Origin: Candidatus Poribacteria bacterium
Lineage (GTDB): Bacteria; Poribacteria; WGA-4E; WGA-3G
Length of the DNA stretch: 64,000 nucleotides
Assembly (NCBI GenBank): GCA_965215265.1
Contig: OZ244048.1
Location: 4,064,001 to 4,128,000, forward strand
Direction: 5' to 3'
Below the pieces are notes generated by a model. That model was not told the DNA's origin, did no database searches, and saw only the letters and a list, made by a program, of their open reading frames with translations. Shown here in pieces: positions 51,376 through 61,970 of the stretch (positions within the stretch are counted from its first letter, which is position 1; every line of letters starts with the position of its first letter). Made by a program: the position numbers and the translations under genes.

Positions 51376-51549
51376 TTTTTCGTCTCTTTCAGCCCAACAA
51401 CTCTTCATGTTTTGAAAACCTAAGCACAAATCCCACCAGAGGGTTCTGATGCTATGAATCTAAACAGAGAGAGGATTTGGGTGGGCGGGCGACGAGATTT
51501 ACACACGAGGACTCACGACATAAGCGTTGACGGTACGGAGAGATACGAA
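51376..51549 (+). repeat. Dispersed repeat, long form
   Basis: Highly similar to 58526-58711; core GACGAGATTTACACACGAG. Confidence 0.85.
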
Positions 51550-51553
51550 CTGT

Positions 51554-53330
51554 TTATTCTGTTACCACGGTTTCCTCACCCAGCATATCAATAATCTTGA
51601 CGGCAACGCGGGCATCACGGCGCGGCAGCACTACCTTGTATTGGCCCTTGATAAAATCGGTTCTCTGCTCCGGCACATCACTCTCAACGATTCTGAAATG
51701 CGTGCCGTTGTAGTCCGTATCTATCAGCACGCAATCAATCTGCGCACGGAAATCATCTATTTGTTCGTCAAAGAGGGTGCGGGCTATCTCCAAACGCCCT
51801 AAGAGGCTCGGACTGATATAATCTACGAGGGTGATGGTGACGTGTTGCCTGTCTCTTTTGAAGGCAACTTCTGCTTCAGCAGGGGCGAAGGTTGTGACAC
51901 CGTCGCGTTGGATGTCCCGCACGATGAGTTGATTAATCGGGTGATGCTTGTTTTCTGCGTCAAGTTCGGTTTGTATTCCCAGCTCGCTGCCGTTGCATAG
52001 CACCGTTACCGAGCGCGTCTCATCAGGGCGGTGCTGCAGTTCGTCTTTGATAAGTTGAATATCTAATCGGGTGAGCGGTTTCGTCAGCTCAACGATTTTG
52101 ACGAGGGTTCCGTCTACGGTGCCGTCAAAGAAGCGGTCTTTCTTGTCCGTTTCTATGCCATACTTTTCGATGACAAGCCGATGGAGTTCTTGTTCTTTGC
52201 CAAAGTCATAGTTATTGATGCGATAGTGAGCGATGCCGCGGTGTTCGGCAATAGTTGTCTGGATGCGTTTCATTGTCGTCTGTATCGCGCCTCTGTTCAG
52301 ATCTGCGGAGATCCAGCGTCTGCGGAGTTTTTCAGCGATGACTGCGGTGGTGCCGCTTCCCACGAAGCAATCCAGCACGATGGAGTCTGCGTTGCTTGAT
52401 GCTTTGATGATGCGGGCTAGAAGAGCCTCCGGTTTTTGGGTTGGATAGTTAACAAGTTCTTGTTTTGGTATGTGGCTACCATTACCTATATCGGACCACC
52501 AATCTTCTATGATTTTACCGCCCTTTTCTACAAGTTCGTTCATCCGTTCTTGTCTTTGTTGAATAGTAACATTTTGGCCGACAGATAAAGAGGTTTTCCC
52601 ACCTATACTGTTTCCAAGTTTGTAAGGTACCCTTATACTATCGGCGTTGAATATAGGTGTATTCGATTTTGAATAAAAAAGAAGAATGTCATGCTTTCGA
52701 GGAAACCAATTTTTGGTATTATTAGGCCCTGTATATCCCCAAACTATCTCATTCCGAAACTGCTGTATGCCAAAGACCTCATCCATAATCAGTTTCAAAT
52801 AATGACTCATCGTTGGGTCACAGTGCAGGTAGATAGAGCCGGCATCCGAAAGCAGTTCGCGCATTAAGATAAGCCGCTCAAACATGAACTGGAGATAATT
52901 GTCATTCGCCCAGATGTCGGTGTATTGTGTCTGTTCAATAATAGAGTGACCTTCGCCTGTTAAAGAAGCAGGTTTACCCCCCCCTACTCCCACCTGGGTT
53001 CCCAGCACCTTCACCCATCGAGGTTCCCGGAATGCCGCGGAGTTTTACCTTTCGAACGTAGTCTGCACCACTAGCAAAGGGCGGGTCAATGTAGATGAGA
53101 TCTACCTTGCCACGGAAACCGTTGACGAGTAAGGTGGAGAGAATTTCCTTGTTATCCCCGTGAAAGAGAAGGTTCGGGCCCTCCAAAAATCCATCATATA
53201 GCGGCTCTTTCTCTGCGTTTTCAACGTTACAAGTTTCCACCAATTGGGCGGGATAGTTGCTCACCGTCTCGAGGGGGCGTTTGCCCACCCAATGAAGCAT
53301 CGCTCTCCCTTTAACCGGCGTGATTTTCAT
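51554..53330 (-). pseudogene. Mod-type (type III-like) DNA methyltransferase, frameshifted at a C8 tract
   Basis: GDN, YIDPPF, YPTQKPE, LDCFVGSGTT; removing one C at 52977-52984 joins both ORFs into 591 aa. Confidence 0.85.
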
Positions 53331-54053
53331 CGTGTTCCTCCGAATCTCCAGATTTTTCATGTGCCACAGAAGGCGTTTCCTCAGGCGGATTTGTGCGGAA
53401 GTGCTCCTTTAACCCGGAGAGAATATCTAACGTTTTATCCATTACGTTAGATTCAGTGACGCTCATCGCTTCCAAAGCATTACGTAGTTTCGTATAGTCT
53501 AAGTCTAAATAACGTTGCGTCGTCTCAACATTTTTATACCCTAGCATTTCACACCCCATGTAGATGTTGTCTGCTCAAAAAGACATTGCGCGAAAGACTT
53601 TCGCATGCTGTGGGTTGCTAAATTCCCGTTCAAACCTGCTGCGTCAAAAGCCCTCTTTAATACGTCATGTGCCGCAATCCGCAACCTGCTTTTTAAACCG
53701 CCACGTGCATTACGTTTCCGAGACGGAAACAACGGACGTGTCTCTGCAACCCGTTTGTAGCGTTCCTTATGCCAAGCGATGAGTTGCTCCACCGCAAGCC
53801 GTGCGTCCAAGTTCATTACCATACGCCGGGAGACTTCGCCCCATTTTACGATAGACTTGTCAAATACCAGTTCTGCTTTTGCCTTACTGTTTTGATAGAC
53901 ATCGCCAATGGTTAGTGATAGCAACTCACTGATGCGTCCGCCAGTCGAAACACCCAGCATAAATAGACTTCAGTTTCGCAAAGCAAAAATGCCATCAAAA
54001 GATGCCGCAACTTTCCGAACTTCCGAATTCTCTAATCGTCTTGTCCCTTTCAT
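53311..54053 (-). pseudogene. Tyrosine recombinase/integrase pseudogene
   Basis: TGGRISELL, HSMRK, LG(Y)KN..TTQRY; in-frame TGA near 53970 and frameshift near 53560. Confidence 0.82.
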
Positions 54054-54248
54054 CGTTCCCCCCAATAAATAAAGTATAGCACACTTGTAAGAAAATAACA
54101 AGTGACGAATGTAAAAACGTGTTGTTTGTCAAGCAAACGTCGCTCTTCTGTTTTAACGAAACTCAGGAAAAAAAAGATGCATTTTTAATTTTGCAGATTC
54201 AAAATACAGTTTTTCTGAACGGTTTTTTTATAAATTTCAAAATTTTCC

Positions 54249-54349
54249 TTGACATTTGCGAAAATTTAGTGTATAATTAAGATAATTTACGTCGTTATCT
54301 TGATTTATCTATAATTTTTCTTGACATTTGCTGAAAGTGTGGGTATAAT
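54249..54349 (+). promoter_or_regulatory. Tandem duplicated sigma70 promoters
   Basis: TTGACA-N17-TATAAT at 54249-54277 and 54321-54349. Confidence 0.8.
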
Positions 54350-54352
54350 TAA

Positions 54353-54425
54353 GATAATGAGATTCATTATTATTTATATAGATCTTGTTTTATTAACCCT
54401 ATTTATGATAATGATTCTCAATATC
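54353..54425. promoter_or_regulatory. Two Fur boxes
   Basis: GATAATGAGATTCATTATT and GATAATGATTCTCAATATC, each 16/19 to GATAATGATAATCATTATC. Confidence 0.8.
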
Positions 54426-54446
54426 ATAAAAAGAGAGCATGGTTAT

Positions 54447-55691
54447 ATGAAAAAACAGTTAGTTCTCCTTATCGGTTGCGGAATGTTTATCCTATCCTGC
54501 GCGATTTGTGAGATTGTGCTTCCTAACACGAAAGAAGCTGCAGAAAATCCGCATCCGTTCACGGTTTCTGGCTACGGTGTGATTAACTACGCACACTTTG
54601 ATTGGGAACTTGACCCGGGCAGACGTGCTGCAATTGACGTAGAACGGTTTGTCATTGCGCCAAAGTACCGCATCAACGATACCATTCAACTGGAAGCAGA
54701 ATTGGAATTTGAGCACGGAGGCACCGGCAGTACGATGGAATTCGATAAATTCGAGGAATTCGGTGAATTTGAGATGGAAATTGAGAAAGGCGGCGAGGTC
54801 ATTGTTGAAAAACTAGCCGCTGTTTTCTCTCTCCATCCGCTGTCCAAATTCCGCATCGGACATATCATTGTTCCAGTCGGGCTTGTCGCCAAGCGACATC
54901 GTCCGCAACACTACTTTACCACAACTCGCCCTGAAGCGGAGGCGCATCTCATTCCAACGATATGGCATGAGACCGGCATCGAACTTTTCGGCAAGTTCCA
55001 TGGGCTGAGCTATCAGGCACAAGTTGTCAACGGCTTAGATTCAACAGGATTTAGTTCTCGGCATTGGATAGTGCCCGGGCACCAACTACGGTTTGAAACC
55101 GTCAACGCTGAGGCACCCGCGTTCGTCGGACGGCTGGATTACGCACTCCGAGAAGGTGCAACCGTCGGAATCTCTGGTTATTATGGAGAGACCGCGGCAA
55201 ATCGTCCTAAACCAGATGTCGATTTTGACGCGCACGTCTCAATTGTCAGCGTCCACGGGTTCTATGAACTAAACCCTATCAAGCTCCGTGCACTGATGTT
55301 ATGGGGAACACTTGAAAACGCCGATAGACTCTCCAAAGTGAACCGCACCCTTTCAAATAACCTGAACGTCAAGCGCACACCGATAGGCAGCTCAGCGTTA
55401 GGTTGGTATATTGAAGCAGGTTACGATGTACTCTCATTGTTCAAGGATGCACAAGCCGCATCACCGGGGTTGGATGTATTCGCACGTTACGATTTTTACG
55501 ATACCATGGCGAGTGTAGAAGGAGTTATCTTTGACAACCCTCGATGGGAACGCACTACGTGGACTTTTGGGATTAATTACCACGCTCACGCACAGTTGGT
55601 TTTCAAAGGACACTATTCCCTCCGGCGGTTAGCTACACAAGATAAAAATAGGGAAAACACTTTTGCACTCGGTTTCGGTTTTCAGTATTGA
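54447..55691 (+). CDS. Outer-membrane porin-like beta-barrel protein
   Basis: SGYGVINY, ELEFEHGG, IPTIWHETG, terminal GFGFQY. Confidence 0.7.
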   Translation: MKKQLVLLIGCGMFILSCAICEIVLPNTKEAAENPHPFTVSGYGVINYAHFDWELDPGRRAAIDVERFVIAPKYRINDTIQLEAELEFEHGGTGSTMEFDKFEEFGEFEMEIEKGGEVIVEKLAAVFSLHPLSKFRIGHIIVPVGLVAKRHRPQHYFTTTRPEAEAHLIPTIWHETGIELFGKFHGLSYQAQVVNGLDSTGFSSRHWIVPGHQLRFETVNAEAPAFVGRLDYALREGATVGISGYYGETAANRPKPDVDFDAHVSIVSVHGFYELNPIKLRALMLWGTLENADRLSKVNRTLSNNLNVKRTPIGSSALGWYIEAGYDVLSLFKDAQAASPGLDVFARYDFYDTMASVEGVIFDNPRWERTTWTFGINYHAHAQLVFKGHYSLRRLATQDKNRENTFALGFGFQY

Positions 55692-55696
55692 CATTA

Positions 55697-55779
55697 GGAA
55701 TCATAACCGAGTGAGGCTCCGACGAGATTTACACACGAGTTATCATAACAGAAGCGGTGATGGTACGGAGATATACAAA
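55697..55779 (+). repeat. Dispersed repeat, short form
   Basis: Reverse complement of 61601-61753 once the nested insert is removed. Confidence 0.85.
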
Positions 55780-55841
55780 TTATAATGGAATGATAAAGCC
55801 ATTACCTTGGGGTATGGCATCTACCATTTATATTCATTTCT

Positions 55842-56969
55842 ATGGAGGTTAACCAAAATATGAAGTTCTATAAAGGACAATTTAGCAAGCCAAACGCTTG
55901 CTTCTATTGGATACTGTTTTCTTGTCTGCTACTTGTATTCGCTTGTGGAAGTGACGACGAAGCCGATGAGACGGAAAATACTAACGGTGAGGCTTTTGAA
56001 GCCGGTACCATGCTCAACGATTTTGCCAATACCGTGGTATTAGCCACTTATACTAACTTAGATGACAGGGCAGGCGAATTATTAACAGCTGTGAAAGCCT
56101 TAGCGGCTAGCACGACGCAAGAGAACCTTGTGAAAGCACAAAATGCTTGGAAGGCAACGAGAACCCCGTGGGAACAGAGTGAAGCCTTCCTATTTGGACC
56201 CGTTGACACCCAGGGGCTTGACCCGGCACTGGATAGTTGGCCGGTAGATCATGTTAACCTACAATCCGTTTTGGATAGCAGTGATACACTGACGGTCGAT
56301 TTTGTAAACGGGTTGGAAGATACGCAAAAAGGATTTCACACCATTGAATTCTTATTGTTCCGTGAAGGCGATGGGCGCAAGGCAGCTGACATCACTGAGC
56401 GTGAACTCACGTATCTCGTCTCAACAACAGAGAATCTCAAGGCAAGTACCTCGCAGCTGCGGGTGGCATGGGCTCCTGAGGGTGAGAATTTCAGTAGTGC
56501 AGTCGCACAGGCAGGAAACGGAAGCACAATTTATCCGTCCCAGAGTGCCGCTGTTCAGGAAATAGTCAACGGCATGATAGTTATCGCTGATGAGGTGGCT
56601 AATGGGAAAATCTCTGATCCATACAACGAATCTGACACAGCGCTCGTTGAATCCCAATTTAGTTTTAACTCTATCTCGGATTTCCAAGACAATATTCGCG
56701 GGATTCAGAATGTCTACATGGGAAAATTCATAAGCGACGGGCAGGGACTCAATGAATTCGTGAACAGCAAAGATGCAACGTTAGATGCACGTTTTCAGGC
56801 TGAGGTACAGGCAGCAATTGATGCCATCGGGGCAATTCCAGACCCATTTCGAGATTCAATTACATCCAACCGGGGTGCTGTTCAAGCAGCAATTGATGCT
56901 GTCAGAACGGTACAACAAACATTAGAACAGAATATTCTTCCGCTTGTTCAATCAAGCGAATTTAATTAG
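55842..56969 (+). CDS. Imelysin family (IrpA-like) lipoprotein
   Basis: Lipobox VFAC; WEQSEAFLFGP, LDSWP, GFHTIE (GxHxxE). Confidence 0.88.
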   Translation: MEVNQNMKFYKGQFSKPNACFYWILFSCLLLVFACGSDDEADETENTNGEAFEAGTMLNDFANTVVLATYTNLDDRAGELLTAVKALAASTTQENLVKAQNAWKATRTPWEQSEAFLFGPVDTQGLDPALDSWPVDHVNLQSVLDSSDTLTVDFVNGLEDTQKGFHTIEFLLFREGDGRKAADITERELTYLVSTTENLKASTSQLRVAWAPEGENFSSAVAQAGNGSTIYPSQSAAVQEIVNGMIVIADEVANGKISDPYNESDTALVESQFSFNSISDFQDNIRGIQNVYMGKFISDGQGLNEFVNSKDATLDARFQAEVQAAIDAIGAIPDPFRDSITSNRGAVQAAIDAVRTVQQTLEQNILPLVQSSEFN

Positions 56970-57071
56970 CACATAAACGTGTAAACACGTTTACAACGTG
57001 CTAATGGGCTATTTCGTTTTTGCAGGGAGCAGCCATCGTGCTGCTTCCTCAAAAAAAAACAGAAACTAAAA

Positions 57072-58487
57072 ATGAAAAATCTTCAAATCTTAGCGGCCTT
57101 GATGTCATTTGTGCTGTGTGCATGCGATTCTGAATCTCCAGTGACTGTAGAGTCAGCGCAGGTATTTTCGCCCGGCGCGCTTTCGGGTGGTGAGACGACT
57201 GTGTTTGATGCGTCTAGCCATGCATTTTCAATCCCTGCGCCTAATCTTTCAACCACTGCTTTGGAAAAACATCTCGAAGGCGATGTTGAATTTGAGGCAA
57301 TTTTTGTGACAGCTCCAGCGGTAGTGAACCCCGGCTTAGGACCTATCTATAACAACGTTTCATGTCTCAATTGCCATGCACGTGATGGGCGCGGACGACC
57401 ACCCCGCACGGACCAGCAAATTGTTTCACTCCTGCTCAGACTGAGTCTTCCAAGCACTGATGAGGATATACCCGGGAAGCCCCCTATTCCAGTGCCCGGG
57501 TTCGGGACACAGTTGAATAACCGGGCGATTGTTGGTACACCACCAGAAGGCAAAATCCAAATTGACTATACCGAGCAGGCTCTGATGACAGCCGATGGCA
57601 CGCGTGTCTATCTGCGCACTCCTAACTACACACTCACGCAAACCTATCGTCCTCTTCCAGAGAAGGTTGAGGTATCCCCACGGGTGGCCCCAGTTGTGTT
57701 TGGCTTAGGGTTATTGGAGGCAATTCCTGAAGAAGCCATCCTAGCTTATGCAGATGAGACAGATGCTAATGGAGACGGCATCTCCGGTAAACCTAATTTT
57801 GTCTGGGATGTGGTGAAAAAGCGAAACGTTCTGGGACGTTTTGGCTGGAAAGCAAATCAGCCCACGCTCCTCCAGCAAGTTGCATCAGCATATCATGACG
57901 ACATGGGGGTGACAACCTCTCTATTCCCAATCGAAAATTCTATAGGACAACCTCAACACGCAGCGGTAACTCGTTTACAAAATGAAGTTGGCGGCGCTGT
58001 ACCAGAAGTGAGTGACGACATTTTAGAAGTCGTGACATTTTATGTCCAAACGTTAGCAGTGCCGGCACGGCGCAACGTGCATACACCACAAGTCTTACAC
58101 GGAGAACAACTTTTTGTGCAAGCACAGTGTGCGAGTTGTCATGTCCCGACATTGAGAACCGGCGTTTTAACCGGCGTGCCATCTGTCAGCAACCAGACAA
58201 TTCACCCTTACACAGATCTGCTGCTGCACGATATGGGACCCGGCTTAGCTGACAATCGCCCAGACTTTCACGCCAGCGGCACAGAGTGGCGCACACCACC
58301 GCTATGGGGAATTGGCCTCGTAAAAACAGTGAATGGGCATTCCAACTTCCTCCACGACGGTAGAGCACGAGGACTAATGGAAGCAATTCTCTGGCACGCA
58401 GGGGAAGCAGAAGCATCAAGACAAGCCGTTGAACAGATGTCACAGACAGAGCGAGATGCACTCATTGCATTCTTGGAGTCGTTATAA
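57072..58487 (+). CDS. Di-heme oxidoreductase family (DHOR) lipoprotein
   Basis: CLNCH and CASCH heme sites, GLGLLEAI, GRFGWKA, WRTPPLWG, HDGRAR. Confidence 0.88.
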   Translation: MKNLQILAALMSFVLCACDSESPVTVESAQVFSPGALSGGETTVFDASSHAFSIPAPNLSTTALEKHLEGDVEFEAIFVTAPAVVNPGLGPIYNNVSCLNCHARDGRGRPPRTDQQIVSLLLRLSLPSTDEDIPGKPPIPVPGFGTQLNNRAIVGTPPEGKIQIDYTEQALMTADGTRVYLRTPNYTLTQTYRPLPEKVEVSPRVAPVVFGLGLLEAIPEEAILAYADETDANGDGISGKPNFVWDVVKKRNVLGRFGWKANQPTLLQQVASAYHDDMGVTTSLFPIENSIGQPQHAAVTRLQNEVGGAVPEVSDDILEVVTFYVQTLAVPARRNVHTPQVLHGEQLFVQAQCASCHVPTLRTGVLTGVPSVSNQTIHPYTDLLLHDMGPGLADNRPDFHASGTEWRTPPLWGIGLVKTVNGHSNFLHDGRARGLMEAILWHAGEAEASRQAVEQMSQTERDALIAFLESL

Positions 58488-58525
58488 AGTGTGTACTGTC
58501 GCACCAACAGCAGTTGGGGCAACCA

Positions 58526-58711
58526 TTTTTCGTCTCTTTCAGCCCAACAACTCTTTATGTTTTGATAGGAATTGGGTGGGTGGGAGCACAAATCTCGCCA
58601 AAGGGTTCTGATGCTATGAATCTAAACAGAGAGAGAAATTGGGTGGGCGGGCGACGAGATTTACACACGAGGACTCACGACATAAGCGTTGACGGTACGG
58701 AGAGATACGAA
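58526..58711 (+). repeat. Dispersed repeat, long form
   Basis: Highly similar to 51376-51549. Confidence 0.85.
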
Positions 58712-58748
58712 ATTTCGAAAATATAAAGGTAAGAGATTAACGATTTAG

Positions 58749-59003
58749 ATGAGGAACTCAGCCACTATGGGACTCAAGCTCTTCTTATTCATGTGCGCTC
58801 TAGCAACAAGTCTGGTTCTGTCAGGTTGTGAAAGCGACCCTATACTCGCGCCGCAATCCGAAGCTGCTGAAGAGACAGGGAGTTACGGCAACACGAATCT
58901 ACCAGTCGATGGAACCAACAACACGCAAAACGCTGTTAAACAGGATGGAGATGCGAAAAACATAGGTAACCGAGCCACAATTACAAATCCAAAACTCTTT
59001 TGA
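58749..59003 (+). CDS. Small lipoprotein
   Basis: Hydrophobic signal with lipobox LSGC. Confidence 0.6.
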   Translation: MRNSATMGLKLFLFMCALATSLVLSGCESDPILAPQSEAAEETGSYGNTNLPVDGTNNTQNAVKQDGDAKNIGNRATITNPKLF

Positions 59004-59023
59004 AAGCATAGGAAATAGAATTC

Positions 59024-61537
59024 ATGTATCTTTTTTTTTATCTAACTTGCAAACCGGGAACACCCACTAGGATAATACCCATTGCGATTATTTCTACCCT
59101 CTTATTCAGTGTGCCACACTATTGCCAAAGTTCAAATGAAATTAGTGGCAAAGTGATTGATAAAGAGACAAGACAACCGATTTTTTGGGCTGTCGTTAAG
59201 ATTGAATCAGACAGACAGGTTTTAGCCGAAATAACGACAGGCAAAGATGGCAGCTTCCACCTTATTCATGATGTTCAAGGGGAGAAACAGATTCAGGTCA
59301 GTTCAATCGGTTATGATTCTTACACCGAGATGCTTTCGCTTACTCCCGATTCAGTACACAATTTAGACATCTCGCTGTCAAGCCAAACCTTCCAACTTGC
59401 ACCGGTAGAAATTATCGGCGAATCGTCGCGTAGGCATAGAAAATTCATAGGGACGATGAGTATATTGGAGACAGAAGATGTTGATCTCATAAAACCTGTC
59501 GGAACACAAGAATTACTTGAATTAATACCGGGTATCAACGGCTATGCCGACGACGGTTTCGGAAACTCACGCTTGAGCATCGGCATCCGTGGGCTGAACC
59601 CACGTCGAAGCGCACGCGTACTTATATTAGAAGATGGCGTACCCATACAACCCGCAGTCTACATTTATCCCAATGCTTACTATAACCCACCCGCTGACCG
59701 AATCGCTGCTATTGAGGTGATTAAAGGCAGTGCCGCACTCCGATACGGACCGCAGACAATGGGCGGCGTTATCAACTATACAACACGAAAACCTGACGGG
59801 ACAAAAGGATTCGCGAATCAGTTGACGGGAGGCAACAACGGCTACTATAGTCTTTTCTCAGAGTGGAGAGGTATCGGAAACCCTGAAAAAGTCGTCTCTG
59901 ACATACAACTTCTTTACAAACATGGAGACGGGTTTAGAGAAAATAACACCTTCCATCAGGCAAATGGCACAGTAAAGACGCTCTTCCAACTCAGCGAAGA
60001 ACGGACTCTCTACCTCAAACTAAACGGTAATTTTGAAAACTCAAACGCAACATATACCGGACTGACTGAATACTCCTTTCAAACCGATCCGAACTTCAAT
60101 CCCAAAGAACATGACAATTTTCAGGTCTTGCGTACTGCACTCGACCTCATCTATACCAACAAAATATCAACACACTTGGTAAGCAATACGACAATCTATA
60201 CAAGTGTGTTTGACCGGCGGTGGTGGCGTGAGGACGATATTTTCGTGCGCCCCGCAGCACTTCAAACAGGGAATCTGGTGCCGGTACCCTACTTCCAGAC
60301 AGGAAACCTCATCAGAACCGGCAATCGAAAAAGTAACTTCGGTATTCTCCGTAGCTTCTACGTAGGCGGAATTGAGCAGAACTATACACTCAACCACGGA
60401 ATTGCAGGAAATGTGGGACGTGCTGAAATCGGAGCCAGAGTGCACTGGGAACGTTTTATTGACGATAAGAAAACCGGGGACGCACCCAATGCACGTGACG
60501 GCGTTTACTACACCGGCACACCCGGATCTGATGAAGATCCGGTGAAAATAGTAGGACAGAGCCACCACTATGAGACGATGGCATTGGCACTCTACACCAA
60601 GGAGCAAATGAATTTTAAAAGGTTGACCGTCACACCAGGCTTGCGGTTTGAAGTGTTTAAGCAGGATCGAGTGGACCGGTTGCACGGTTCGGTGCTGGCA
60701 GATAAAGTCTCATCAGTACTATTGCCGGGGATTGGCGCAAACTACGAGCTCGGACACTTTAATCTTTTTGGCGGAATCCACCGAGGGTATACAGCACCCT
60801 CCAGCGGCGCGCTGAAGATTACAAACTTCGGACAAAATGTTGAGACTGGCGGACTTGACCTCAAACCTGAAAAGAGTTGGAATATGGAACTCGGATTCCG
60901 CTCATGGATACCAGGGGTTATCTTAGAAGCCTCCGGATTCCTGATTAAGGTCAAAGACTTAGTCGCAGCCGGACGCGGCACAGCCTTCAAAAACTTGGGC
61001 AAGGCCCATCTATCGGGCCTAGAGATGGCGGTGACATTAGAGACATCAGAATTCGTGTCTATACTGCCCGAGCTTAATCTCTCTTATACATATCTCCAGA
61101 CAAAGATTGTTGACGGCATCGTGAAATCCGCTACTATCGCCGGTAACGTCTATGTAGAACTGAACGGCAACGAATTGCCTTACGCCCCACGGCACACCTT
61201 CACCGTCGGGTTGGCGAAACAGATCGCGGATGTTCTACGTATGCGAACGGACATACGATTTGTGGACGAAGTCTTCACCGATTTTGAAAATCTTCGGCAG
61301 ACTTACAATCGTGGCGATACAGGCCCCATTCCGAGCTACGCAATTGTCAATGCAAGCATAGATTACAGTTTAACCAAACAGTGGCAGGTATTTCTGACTG
61401 TCAAAAACATTTTAGATCACGTATATATCGGGTCACGGCTACATTCAAATGCTGGCCAACCTGAAGCCAACCTGAGCTCGGGTATCTTAATCGGACCGAG
61501 ACGACAGATACTTTTTGGTATCAAGCAGGGCTTCTAA
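59024..61537 (+). CDS. TonB-dependent receptor (FecA-like) with N-terminal extension
   Basis: IGIRGLNPRRS, LEDGVP, IEVIKG...YGPQTMGGVIN, LKPEKS, terminal F. Confidence 0.92.
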   Translation: MYLFFYLTCKPGTPTRIIPIAIISTLLFSVPHYCQSSNEISGKVIDKETRQPIFWAVVKIESDRQVLAEITTGKDGSFHLIHDVQGEKQIQVSSIGYDSYTEMLSLTPDSVHNLDISLSSQTFQLAPVEIIGESSRRHRKFIGTMSILETEDVDLIKPVGTQELLELIPGINGYADDGFGNSRLSIGIRGLNPRRSARVLILEDGVPIQPAVYIYPNAYYNPPADRIAAIEVIKGSAALRYGPQTMGGVINYTTRKPDGTKGFANQLTGGNNGYYSLFSEWRGIGNPEKVVSDIQLLYKHGDGFRENNTFHQANGTVKTLFQLSEERTLYLKLNGNFENSNATYTGLTEYSFQTDPNFNPKEHDNFQVLRTALDLIYTNKISTHLVSNTTIYTSVFDRRWWREDDIFVRPAALQTGNLVPVPYFQTGNLIRTGNRKSNFGILRSFYVGGIEQNYTLNHGIAGNVGRAEIGARVHWERFIDDKKTGDAPNARDGVYYTGTPGSDEDPVKIVGQSHHYETMALALYTKEQMNFKRLTVTPGLRFEVFKQDRVDRLHGSVLADKVSSVLLPGIGANYELGHFNLFGGIHRGYTAPSSGALKITNFGQNVETGGLDLKPEKSWNMELGFRSWIPGVILEASGFLIKVKDLVAAGRGTAFKNLGKAHLSGLEMAVTLETSEFVSILPELNLSYTYLQTKIVDGIVKSATIAGNVYVELNGNELPYAPRHTFTVGLAKQIADVLRMRTDIRFVDEVFTDFENLRQTYNRGDTGPIPSYAIVNASIDYSLTKQWQVFLTVKNILDHVYIGSRLHSNAGQPEANLSSGILIGPRRQILFGIKQGF

Positions 61538-61600
61538 AAAAACGAGGCGCAATTCAAGCGGATATGCATCCTATTTTTAAACTTGAGCGTTTTGCCTTTT

Positions 61601-61753
61601 TTGTATATCTCCGTACCATCACCGCTTCTGTTATGATAACTCGTGTGTTGGCAGGATAGGTATTCTTTGTCTCTCCTTTCAGGAGAGACAAGATTACCTT
61701 TTACCTGCCAATCTATAGATAAATCTCGTCGGAGCCTCACTCGGTTATGATTC
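61601..61753 (-). repeat. Dispersed repeat with nested 72-bp palindromic insertion (61649-61720)
   Basis: Core CTCGTGTGT|AAATCTCGTC is split by TGGCAGG...CCTGCCA-ATCTATAGAT. Confidence 0.85.
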
Positions 61754-61933
61754 TTCAATAGAAACCTATTGAGGGGATAATCCGCTGGTAGCAATACTGA
61801 TAAAAAATCAGATCTCGTTGTGACAGGGTTTAACGGCTCGCTGCAAGTGGCTTACCCATCTTTTTGCACGAACATGCTCTTAAAACTTTATCAAGATATG
61901 TCTATCAACCCTTAAATGATAATAATTTTCATA

Positions 61934-61952
61934 GATAATGAGATTCATTATC
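61934..61952. promoter_or_regulatory. Fur box
   Basis: GATAATGAGATTCATTATC, 17/19 to consensus. Confidence 0.82.
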
Positions 61953-61970
61953 TTAAATGAAGGAGTAAAT

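Noticed and set aside
54321-54446. Extended N-termini from the ORF track (also 2370-2516, 29709-29837, 30540-30668, 61938-61970)
   Set aside because: They overlap promoters, Fur boxes or neighbouring genes
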